From positions 62,001 through 126,000 of the forward strand of contig NIVC01002137.1 in NCBI GenBank assembly GCA_002269645.1: a stretch of 64,000 nucleotides of DNA, in the 5' to 3' direction. The DNA comes from Macrostomum lignano (lineage: Eukaryota). The translations under genes and the position numbers were made by a program. A model generated the notes under the pieces. The model worked only from the letters and a program-made list of their open reading frames with translations, was not told the DNA's origin and did no database searches. Below, in pieces: positions 53,019-64,000 of the stretch; within the stretch, counting starts at the first letter, position 1; each line of letters begins with the position of its first letter.

Positions 53019-53769
53019 GATGCTCGACTGGCTACATGAAGTAGAAATATAAGGAAAAACAGTTTTTTTCTCAATCGTTTAAAATAACAACTAAGAAATC
53101 TCAGCTTGGCTCTGCTCGTGCAATAAACGGCCTTGAAGGTTAAATAAAGTTAGGGCCGCTGTACACTCCTGTGTGAGTGTGTGCCTGCGCGTATGACTGC
53201 CTACGTATCCGCGCGCTTGTGTGCCTGCTCAGGTGGAGTCGGCGGAATGGGCAGCAATGCCTCTCGCCGGTTGTGTGGCAATGTCGCTAAAAACGTGTGT
53301 TTTTGCAAAAAGCGAGCCTTCAAAAAATTTCTAAGAAACAACGTGTCTTAATCTTTTACTTAAAGGTAAAAAACAAAATAAAAATTAACACAATGAAGCT
53401 CAATGAACAATAGCTACAAATGATTAAAATATATTTAATTCAAAGTTTTAAGGAAACAATTATTTATAACAAAGATAGACGCAAAAAATTTAAAACGCGT
53501 AGAAACTATTAAATTAATGATATGACAAAACAATGGCATGAAAATTTAGCTATGCAACATTCTAAAGCACGTGACACTTGCGACACTTGGGGGAAGACAT
53601 TAAAAACTGAAAGCAATAACTCATTATTGACAGATGTTTCGAATACACAATGAATATATGAATTAAGGTCATGGGCCATGGCGGGATAGCACAGATATTG
53701 ATCAAAGTCCATACAATAAGTATGTGAATTGGCTCTGTACAATTAACTGTGTTTCGCTTCACAACTCCC

Positions 53770-54420
53770 TCTTCACAGTCCTTGACAATCTGCCCTCTCC
53801 CAGTTCTCGAGAATCTGCCCCCCAGTCCTTGCGAATCTGCCCCCAGTCCTTGAGAATCTGCCCCCAGTCCTTGAGAATCTGCCCCCCAGTCCTTGAGAAT
53901 CTGCCCCCAGTCCTTGAGAATCTGCCCCCCAGTCCTTGAGAATCTGTCCCCAGTCCTTGACAATCTGCCCTCCCCCAGTTCTCGAGAATCTGCCCCAGTC
54001 CTTGCGAATCTGCCCCCAGTCCTTGAGCATCTGCCCCCAGTCCTTGAGAATCTGCCCCCAGTCCTTAAGCATCTGCCCCCAGTCCTTGAGAATCTGCCCC
54101 CAGTCCTTAAGCATCTGCCCCCAGTCCTTGAGAATCTGCCCCCAGTCCTTAAGCATCTGCCCCCAGTCCTTGAGAATCTGCCCCCCAGTCCTTAAGCATC
54201 TGCCCCCAGTCCTCGAGAATCTGCCCCAGTTCTTAAGAATCTGCCATCAGTCCTTGAAAATCTGCCCCCAGTCCTTGAGAATCTGCCATCAGTCTTTGAG
54301 AATCTGCCATCAGTTTTTGAGAATCTGCCATTAGTTCTTGTGAATCTGCCCCCAGTTCTTGAGAATCTGCCCCCAGTCCTTGTGAATCTGCCCCCAGTCC
54401 TCGAGAATCTGCATCTCCGA
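53770..54420. repeat. 21-bp minisatellite (GAGAATCTGCCCCCAGTCCTT)n, intergenic
   Basis: About 30 copies. Confidence 0.96.
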
Positions 54421-54514
54421 TCTTCCCTACCGACTACTTTGAAATGTCTACTCAAATATCTTCCATCAGTTTATGGCTGAAATGAAAACATCGAACCAAA
54501 CAGATAGCTAAGAG

Positions 54515-57500
54515 TCACAACTCGTCTCTCTGCACCAGCACTTGATCCGCAGGCTTCGGTTGTCCTCCGCCGCTGGGGTCCGTCAGCTCCGCAGCCTTCC
54601 CAGTCCAATCGTTGAATGCCAACAGGGCCGCATTTCGTCCAGCAATGGCCGACATCTCCATAGCGGAGGCTGCCAACTCGATGGGGCTGGTGTGGTACAG
54701 CCCGTCAGCCAGTACAAAGCTGGCATTGATCGACAGTCCCCGACGATAAAGCGGATAAGCCAGCCAGCTCACACTGTGAGTAGACTCAACATTAGTAAAC
54801 AGTTGATTAACCTGCTCAGCAGTGAGTACTCGCTGTGAGAACACTTTATAAACATTGTCGGATGGATTTTTATCAACATCGTGTTGATAGCCGATGCTGT
54901 TAAAGTCCAGCGGCGATGCAGGCGTGCCCGTGAGCACGCTGTACTCAGATTGGCGGCTTCTCAGGCCCAGCCAGTCGTGATTGAGTCGGCCTTTGACAAA
55001 TGTTGCAACCGTGGTCTGGTAGTCAACCCGGGGAACTTTAACGTCTTTTATCTGAATTGGGGGTTATGAGTAGGCTCATTGATCAGGATAATAACCCTTC
55101 GGCGACATCTTCCCGTAACCGACGCTGACCGAAGCGCGCGAATACTGTACGCAGACAAGCACTCACAGACACGCTCACACAGGGTGCACACAGCAGCCTT
55201 GACTTTCTAATCGTCAGGCATGTGCATTCTCTGCGTCTTGAGGGCTGACTCTCATGGGATTCACAATTGATCACAAGAGGGATCACAATGGATCACAAGT
55301 GGATTCACAATGGATCACAAGTAGATTCACAATGAATCACAATAGGATTCACAAGAATTAAGAAGATTCACAATGGATCACAAGAGGATTCACAATGGAT
55401 CACAAGAGGATTCACAATGAATCACAAGAGGATTCACAATGAATCACAAGAGGATTCACAAGAATTAAGAGGATTCACAAGAATTAAGAGGATTCACAAG
55501 AATTAAAAGAGGAATCAAAAGAATTAAAAGAGGATTCACAAGAATTAAAAGAGGATTCACAATGAATCACAAGAGGATTCACAATGGATCACAAGAGGAT
55601 TCACAGTGAATCACAATGAATCACAAGAGGATTCACAGTGAATCACAATGAATCACAAGAGGATTCACAGTGAATCACAATGAATCACAAGAGGATTCAC
55701 AGTGAATCACAATGAATCACAAGAGGATTCACAGTGAATCACAATGAATCACAAGAGGATTCACAGTGAATCACAATGAATCACAAGAGGATTCACAGTG
55801 AATCACAATGAATCACAAGAGGATTCACAGTGAATCACAATGAATCACAAGAGGATTCACAGTGAATCACAATGAATCACAAGAGGATTCACAATGAATC
55901 ACAATGAATCACAAGAGGGTTTAGAATGAATCACAAGAGGGTTCACAATGAATCACAATGAATCACAGCATGATTCACATGTACTCTGATTTGAAAGTTA
56001 TGAAAGGCTATTGCAACAAAGCATCCATTTAAAGTAGGGAATAAACCTATACATCTCTCCGACAATTTTACCTCAATATTAAAGTGCTGACTCGGTGGCA
56101 CAGTCAGGATCACTTGATCATATTGCTCAACCACTGTTGACCTGCTGGCATCCGTGCTGGTCACAGTCCAACCTTCGCGATCCTTAGCAATCTGAGTAAC
56201 TCGACTATTGAGCAGCAGCCTGACCTTGCCAGATTCTGCTTCATCCGCTTGCTGAGACTGAGCCAGCCTGCTAAGCAGATTAGCCACAATCAGCCGGTTG
56301 CCGCCTCTGACCGACCAGAGACCGCCTTCGGCGCCAGCCAACGACACTGCGCCAACGAAGCCGTGAATGCTCACATTCTGACCGTAGTTGTTGCGCATCG
56401 CCCCAGCAACCAGTTCGTTGATGAACTCGGAGCTGAAGCCGCTGGACTCCAGCAGCTGGAGTGATTTAATTAAATAATTTGTTTACTTTTGATTCTGCGC
56501 CTTTGATCAAGCAGTGCTTGGGAATCTGCCCTTCATTTACCCTCTGTTACTTGAATCTACCCTTCATCTACCCTCTGTTACTTGAATCTACCCTTCATCT
56601 ACCCTCTGTTACTTGAATCTACCCTTCATCTACCCTCTGTTACTTGAATCTACCCTTCATCTACCCTCTGTTCCTTGAATCTGCCCTTCATCTACCCTCT
56701 GTTACTTGAATCTGCCCTTCATTTACCCTCTGTTACTTGAATCTACCCTTCATCTACCCTCTGTTACTTGAATCTGCCCTTCATCTACCCTCTGTTACTT
56801 GAATCTGCCCTTCATCTACCCTCTGTTCCTTGAGAATCTGCCCTTCATCTACCCTCTTTTCCTTGAATCTGCCCTTTATCTACCCTCTGTTCCTTAAATC
56901 TGCCCTTCATCTACCCTCTGTTCCTTGAATCTGCCCTTTATCTACCCTCTGTTCCTTGAATCTGCCCTTCATCTACCCTCTGTTCCTTGAGAATCTGCCC
57001 TTCATCTACCCTCTGTTCCTTGAATCTGCTCTTCATCTACCCTCTGTTCCTTGAGAATCTGCCCTTCATCTACCCTCTGTTCCTTGAATCTGCCCTTTAT
57101 CTACCCTCTGTTACTTGAGAATCTGCCCTTCATCTACCCTCTGTTCCTTGAATCTGCCCTTCATCTACCCTCTGTTCCTTGAGAATCTGCCCTTCATTTA
57201 CCCTCTGTTCCTTGAATCTGCCCTTCATCTACCCTCTGTTCCTTGAATCTGCCCTTCATCTACCCTCTGTTCCTTGAGAATCTGCCCTTCATCTACCCTG
57301 TTCCTTGAATCTGCCCTTCATCTACCCTCTGTTACTTGAGAATCTGCCCTTCATCTACCCTCTGTTCCTTGAATCTGCCCTTCATCTACCCTCTGTTCCT
57401 TGAATCTGCCCTTCATCTACCCTCTGTTCCTTGAGAATCTGCCCTTCATTTACCCTCTGTTCCTTGAATCTGCCCTTCATCTACCCTCTGTTCCTTGAAT

Positions 57501-59702
57501 CTGCCCTTCATCTACCCTCTGTTCCTTGAATCTGCCCTTCATCTACCCCCTGTTCCTTGAATCTGCCCTTTATCTTCCCTCTGTTCCTTGAGAAACTGCC
57601 CTTCATCTACCCTCTGTTCCTTGAATCTACCCTTCATCTACCCTCTGTTACTTGAATCTACCCTTCATCTACCCTCTGTTACTTGAATCTACCCTTCATC
57701 TACCCTCTGTTCCTTGAATCTGCCCTTCATCTACCCTCTGTTACTTGAATCTGCCCTTCATTTACCCTCTGTTACTTGAATCTACCCTTCATCTACCCTC
57801 TGTTACTTGAATCTGCCCTTTATCTACCCCCTGTTCCTTGAATCTGCCCTTCATCTACCCTCTGTTCCTTGAGAATCTGCCCTTTATCTACCCTCTTTTC
57901 CTTGAATCTGCCCTTTATCTACCCTCTGTTCCTTGAATCTGCCCTTCATCTACCCTCTGTTCCTTGAATCTGCTCTTCATCTACCCTCTGTTCCTTGAGA
58001 ATCTGCCCTTCATCTACCCTCTGTTCCTTGAATCTGCCCTTTATCTACCCTCTGTTACTTGAGAATCTGCCCTTCATCTACCCTCTGTTCCTTGAATCTG
58101 CCCTTCATCTACCCTCTGTTCCTTGAGAATCGGCCCTTCATTTACCCTCTGTTCCTTGAATCTGCCCTTCATCTACCCTCTGTTCCTTGAATCTGCCCTT
58201 CATCTACCCTCTGTTCCTTGAGAATCTGCCCTTCATCTACCCTGTTCCTTGAATCTGCCCTTCATCTACCCTCTGTTACTTGAGAATCTGCCCTTCATCT
58301 ACCCTCTGTTCCTTGAATCTGCCCTTCATCTACCCTCTGTTCCTTGAATCTGCCCTTCATCTACCCTCTGTTCCTTGAGAATCTGCCCTTCATTTACCCT
58401 CTGTTCCTTGAATCTGCCCTTCATCTACCCTCTGTTCCTTGAATCTGCCCTTCATCTACCCTCTGTTCCTTGAATCTGCCCTTCATCTACCCCCTGTTCC
58501 TTGAATCTGCCCTTTATCTTCCCTCTGTTCCTTGAGAAACTGCCCTTCATCTACCCTCTGTTCCTTGAATCTGCCCTTCATCTACCCTCTGTTCCTTGAG
58601 AATCTGCCCTTCATCTACCCTCTGTTCCTTGAGAATCTGCCCTTCATCTACCCCCTGTTCCTTGAATCTGCCCTTTATCTTCCCTCTGTTCCTTGAGAAA
58701 CTGCCCTTCATCTACCCTCTGTTCCTTGAATCTGCCCTTCATCTACCCTCTGTTCCTTGAATCTGCCCTTCATCTACCCCCTGTTCCTTGAATCTGCCCT
58801 TTATCTTCCCTCTGTTCCTTGAGAAACTGCCCTTCATCTACCCTCTGTTCCTTGAATCTGCCCTTCATCTACCCTCTGTTCCTTGAGAAACTGCCCTTCA
58901 TCTACCCTTGTTCTTTGGGAATCTACCCTTCATTTACCCTCTGTTCCTTGAATCTGCCTCTCTACCCCCTAAAATAATAATTTCCCAGTGTAAAAACTGC
59001 AAGTTAAAAGCCAGATCCCACCTTCTCAATGGTCTCAGTCGCCATAGCCGGGAAGCTGTCAGACATGGCAGACAGAAGACCCAGCACATTGGTGTAAGCT
59101 TGCCCAGCATTCTGTCTAGCATAGACACGGCCGAAATCTTCCATCATGCCGGATACAAATTTTCTTAGCTGAACAAAAGCAGCTAATCCGTACCTATGCA
59201 AAAGCTGCACCATCTTAACCAGGTACCAATCGCTAGTGTCCAACACAGTGTCTCGGCCATTGAACACAGCTAATCTAGTCTCTTCTCCGTGATACAGTCT
59301 GCTCAATCCAAGCACATCTGCGAAATGTCGCATATACAAATTCTTATCGTGTATAATTGATCCGCCAGATTCGAACTTGCGACCATCGAAATTAGCTACA
59401 CCAAGACGGCCACCAACTAATGTAGCAGAGGACTCGTCCGTGACAATGTCCATTCTACAGTTGGAGCCGAATTTGTCTCTAAGGAAATAGGCGGCACTGG
59501 CCGCGGCTACTCCGCTACCAATGATGGCAATACGGGGACCCGGCCGCTTCAAGTCTCTGCTTTTATCTTCACTCTGAGCTGCCTGAACCGACGCTGATGT
59601 GCCAGAGGAGAGCAGCGCCAAACTCGGCAGCAATAGGCAGGAGGTCAAGGTGAGCTGATGAGGCAGTCTCAGTGCCCAGTGTCTTGCAGACAGGCAAAGC
59701 AT
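54515..59702 (-). CDS. PCYOX1: Prenylcysteine oxidase 1 (prenylcysteine lyase); apparent 1-bp frameshift in the last exon
   Basis: Exons 59702-59022, 56455-56072 and ~55056-54515. FAD motif RIAIIGSGVAAASAAYFL, GGRL, FESGGSIIH, MRNNYGQ, GAVSLAG, LWSV.GGN, YKVFS, WLAYP, IE.AASAMEMSAIAGRNAALLA. Confidence 0.93.
55255..55975. repeat. 22-bp minisatellite (AAGAGGATTCACAATGAATCAC)n in a PCYOX1 intron
   Basis: About 30 variant copies. Confidence 0.95.
56510..58970. repeat. 31/33-bp minisatellite (CCTTGAATCTGCCCTTCATCTACCCTCTGTT)n in a PCYOX1 intron
   Basis: About 75 copies, with a ~0.95-1-kb higher-order duplication. Confidence 0.97.
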
Positions 59703-59869
59703 TTCAGTACAGTGTGCTGAGGGTCTAAAAAAGGTATAAAAGGTATTTATTACAAAGAAACATTGCAGTAAAGGATGATTGTACTAGCTGAGAGAGGAAC
59801 AATTGCACTAACTTAGGAAATTGTTGCACTAGGGGCCTAAATACTTGCTATCTGGGGGATGCTTACTAT

Positions 59870-60092
59870 CATACATGCTCAACCTCCGAAATTCGGTCGG
59901 CCTTGCGACTTAGTTTTAACAAAAATGCGACGTAGTTTTTGGCCAAAAATGCGACTGACACGTAAAAAAACCTTCAGCAAAATTAACGCAACTTTGGGTA
60001 AACGGCAGGAGTAACTATGACTGTCGTATTAGGCCGAAATGCCTCGTCAGCTATTTAGTACTACTACTTTGGTGTTTTTTCGGGTGGGCATT
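59870..60092 (+). mobile_element. 28S-bearing MITE, copy 2 (3'-truncated)
   Basis: Begins CATACATGCTCAACCTCCGAAATTCGG; 28S-like block 59996-60059; ends at GGGTGGGCATT within a loose GGGGGATGCTTGCTAT repeat. Confidence 0.85.
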
Positions 60093-61619
60093 ATCTAGGG
60101 GACGCATACTATTTGGGGATGCTTACACTTGCTGATAGGGGGATGTTTGCTATCACTATTGGGGGAATACTAGCTATTTTGGGGGTAATTGCTATTTTGA
60201 AAATGCTTGCTATATGGGAGATGCTTATTATTAGAGGGCTGCTTGCTATTTGGGGGGGGGAGGGGGGGAAGAAGGTACTTGATATCTAGATGATGCTTGC
60301 TCTTGGACCATACTTTGGATCATGTAGGATATGCCTATAAATTTGGGCTTGGCATACATTACTATTAAGAAATAAATCTTAGTGATTATTGATATTTCAT
60401 CATGAACTTTATAGCCAAAAAATTAAAAACCAAAAAAATTTATAACCTTTGAATTTGTCTTAATATATATTTGTTTGTGCATTTGAATTTTCATTGGCTA
60501 GTACTTTTCATTTTTAGCTGGCATCTATATTTCAGAAGGTTACATGTATGCTAGAAATTTGTATCATACCAGTAGATAGCTTAGATGTTTTGGTATACCA
60601 CTTTGGCATACCACTTTGAGCTTGAGTTAATTTTTGGCACACCAACTTATATTCAAAACTTTAAAAAATTAAAATTACACATTGCAATTTTTTTTTCTTT
60701 TGTAAAAGTATATATAGTATGACTATTAGGAAAACAATATTTTATGTAGTTTGATGGTTGAGTATACTATAGGCTGGCATAAATTTAAAACTTTTGGTGT
60801 GCACTTATAATTGTTTAATATTTTTGGTATGCACCTACTATGATCTAGAAAATAGCTCTTAGAGAGGGGTACTTGCTATCTTGGGATAGGGGGTGCTTGC
60901 TATCTTGGGATAAGAGACTTTTTACTATCCAGGGAGGCTTGCTAATATAAGGATCTGGCCTGGGTTTTTAGTATACAGAGTATACATATATATATTGAAT
61001 TTAGATTCTTGAAACTGTACCCTGAAATTAAAAAGTAGATATGCAATTTAGATAAGCCTACAGTATCACAACCTATTTTCCTTTTAAGCCTCATTTACAC
61101 TGCCTTAAAATAAGATCTAGAAAACAAGATAAGAGGTCAAGGTAAACCGAGGCCTATTTTGGACACAAGAAATCATGTGTAATATGCTTATATTATATTC
61201 CCAGTTTTCAAAAGTAACAGAAATCACACTCTGAGCTTTAAAATTACACTTGCAAAAAACCTAGGTGGGGGATGCTTTCTATTAAAAAGGAATGCCTACT
61301 AGGCCTATTTTTTAGAAGGCAATATTTTATTGTGTCCTTTTGTTAGGGGCCTACTTTAAAAAAAGGGGTCTCCCTAAAACATGCACTGCACCACCATACA
61401 TGCGCAACTTGCGGATTCTGAACCCATGAAATTCCAATCCCCGAAATTATTTTCACATGTATTCTAAAATTTAAATTCATACTCAAACAAAAACTTGTTA
61501 ATAGTTAGGATGGAGATTAACATAAAATGGAGTAAATTTGTGTAAAATTAAGATTTGAGGCAAGCATTGATCTTGTTGGCTGGGGTGATGTGCAGAATAT
61601 CAGGCAATGTGGATCTAAA

Positions 61620-63130
61620 ACATGTATTGGAAAAGTCAGGAAAACTCTGACCTCTGCCTCTCTCTACATGTACATCCTTTGAAACTTCTATCTTCATTTC
61701 TGTTTCCTCTTTTCTCTCTCATCTTTTGCCTTTCCTATCATCTCTTCTTTCCTCTTTCTTCTCTCTTTTCTCCCATTTTCTTTTGTCTCTTCCCCTACCT
61801 CTCTTCTCTTATGTCTTTTCTGTCATTCCTCCTTTCTCTTCTTTTATCTCTGCTCTCTTATCTCTGAATTCACATTTCTCTTTTTTTCTTGCCTCTCTTC
61901 TCTTATCTCATCCCTGTTTTTTCCTCTCCTCTTTCCTCACTCTTTTCTCTCTGCTCTCCTCTCTCCTCTCTCCCCTCTACTCTCGTCTCTTCCCTTTCCT
62001 CTTTTTTCTTTTCTCTTCTCTCTCATCTTTCTCATCTCATATCTTCTCTTTTATTTCCTCTCTCCTCTTACTTATCTTTCTGCTCTCCACTCCCCATCTC
62101 TCTTCTTTTTACTTTCTCCCCTTTCCATTCTCTTCTTTCCTCTCCTCTTTCTTCCCTGTTGTCAATTCTCTTCCCTTTTCTCTCCTTATTCCACTTCTTT
62201 CTCCATTTGTCTCTTCTCTGCTCTCAGACATTTCTTTTCTCCCTACTCTCTCCTCTTATCTCCATAATATCTTATCTCTCCTTCATTCTCTCTACTCTCT
62301 TATCTCTTGTCTGTTTACTCTCAACTCTGTTTTCTCTTCTCCTCTTTCTCTTCTGTCAACTTTATTCTCTTATATGTTCTCTCATGTCTTTCCCCTGTAC
62401 TCTTTTCTTTCCCATGTTTGACTGTTCTCTTTCTTTTCTCCTCTCTTCATTTCTCTTGTCTCTTCTCTTCTCTTTACACTTTCCTCTCTCTTCTCTTTCA
62501 TTTCTCATCTCTCATTTCTTATTTCTCCTGCCATCTCTACCACCTTATCTATTTTCTCTTAACTTTACTCTCTTGTTTTTCATTTTTCTTCTTTTACTTA
62601 TCTCTGCTTGCTCTCTTATTTCTTCTCATTTCTCTCTGCTCTCTACTCTCTCCCTTCTTCTCACTCCTCTCTCCCCCCTCTCATAACTTCCCTCCTCTTC
62701 TCTCTTTCCTTTCTTCTTTCTACTTCTCTGCTCTCATTTCTCATCTCTTCTAACATCTCTATTCTCTCTCCTTTCTTGTCTCGATCTTCTCTCCTATCTA
62801 TCTCCTCTCTCCCTCATCTCTCCTCTCTGCTTGCTTATCTCCACCCTATAATCTCTCCTTTCTCCACTCTCATCTCTCTACTCTCTCCTACCTACTCTCT
62901 CCTCTCTCATATCTACTCTCTTCTATCTGCTCTCTACTTTCTCCTATCTATTCTCTCCTCTCTCATCTCTACTCTTTTCTATTTCCTCTCTACTTTATCT
63001 TATCCACTCTCTCTTCTCTCATCTCATCTCTCTTATCTCTCCTCTTTTTACCTCTATTCTCTCCTCCCATTTCTCCCTCCCTACTCTCTCCCTTTCTTCT
63101 CTGCCTTCTCTTCTCACTTCTCCTCTTTTC
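61620..63130. repeat. 1.5-kb polypyrimidine (CT-rich) low-complexity tract
   Basis: Almost G-free plus strand. Confidence 0.95.
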
Positions 63131-63234
63131 TCACAGTAAAAATAATACAATACAGAGATTAGCCAATAATTAAATGAATTAACCGTTTTTTTATGAGTCT
63201 GCCAGAAAAAGTAAATTATAAAGTTAAATGAATT

Positions 63235-63532
63235 CATACATGCGCAACAGTCGGCCGAGTCGGCCGATCCGGCCGACCGATTTGGCGGCCAATCAAGGAA
63301 GTCGCAAAAATGCCCACCCAAAAAATAACCTGAAGAGTAGTACTAAGTAGCTGACGAGGCATTTTAGGTTAATAAAACAGTCATAGTTACTCCTGCCGTT
63401 TACCCAAAGTTGCGTTAATTTTGCTTTCGGGTTTTTTTATATGTAAGTCGCATTTTTGGCCAAAAACTACGTCGCATTTTTGTTAAAACTAAGTCGCACG
63501 GCTGACCGAATTTTGGAGGTTGCACATGTATG
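63235..63532 (-). mobile_element. 28S-bearing MITE, copy 3 (inverted, full length)
   Basis: TIRs CATACATGCGCAA / TTGCACATGTATG; 8-bp TSD AATGAATT (63227-63234, 63533-63540); 28S-like block 63342-63405. Confidence 0.9.
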
Positions 63533-64000
63533 AATGAATTTGTGTTTAGCTTTCTATTAAAATTTTTTCCAATTGTAAATCCTAAAAAGTGTTCTTAGGC
63601 AAAAAAAATTTAGGGCCATTCCATATAATTATGGTTGTAACATGACAGACTATTTTTACTTATAAAATGAAATCTAATAATAGAATATACTAAACCAATA
63701 TTTCGAAAGAAAGATTATTTTGTCAAGAATATGTTTTTAAAGTTTCATATAGATATCATCAATAGTATAGATGCTATTAAACCTTAAAAGGCACTTATGG
63801 TCGTAACAACAGGATTTTTGACATATAGAAACTAAAAGGTAAAAGTCTTATAACATTTTTCATTTTTTATATTTTGCAATATTTTTTTAATTTGATTAAG
63901 AACATCTTTAGAAGTCATACTCTTTTATTAGAATATATAAACTCAAAAAGGCAACAAAGATACAAAAGAAAAGGCAGCTTTATGGTCGTAACATTATGGT

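Noticed and set aside
56570-58560. ~1-kb higher-order duplication in the 31-bp array as a functional structure
   Set aside because: Expected from unequal exchange or an assembly artefact; nothing else supports a function.
61622-63162. Leu/Ser/Phe-rich ORFs resembling membrane proteins
   Set aside because: Polypyrimidine low-complexity DNA lacks stop codons by composition.

Overview
Animal (metazoan) genomic DNA, not prokaryotic. GC-rich exons with poly-Ala/Gln/Gly/Ser runs and minisatellite-filled introns suggest a Macrostomum-like free-living flatworm (inference). Nine spliced host genes are supported. On the minus strand: the 5' part of TRAPPC8, a compact STIL/Ana2-like gene and PCYOX1. 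On the plus strand: a HAUS5-like gene, UCKL1, TM2D1, GEMIN7, a RING/B-box TRIM gene and a small Cys-rich secreted-peptide gene. Mobile DNA comprises an apparently intact PIF/Harbinger transposon with ~700-bp TIRs, a deleted hAT, Mutator-like and mariner-like MITEs, a CCC-ended TIR element, a tRNA-derived SINE, and three copies of an 8-bp-TSD MITE. About 25 distinct tandem repeats are present. Most notable: (1) repeats and AT-rich zones show C->T/G->A changes concentrated at CAG/CTG and CpA, resembling non-CG methylation or a RIP-like mutator in an animal; (2) the MITE carries the 28S rRNA segment targeted by R2/I-PpoI with only the cleavage core scrambled; (3) the TM2D1 ORF has no ATG, consistent with an initiator supplied by a flatworm spliced leader within a possible operon; (4) an unrecognised 6-Cys secreted peptide gene lies directly behind a 2.7-kb array of TGAGTCA (AP-1) sites. 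All alignments and counts were done by eye.
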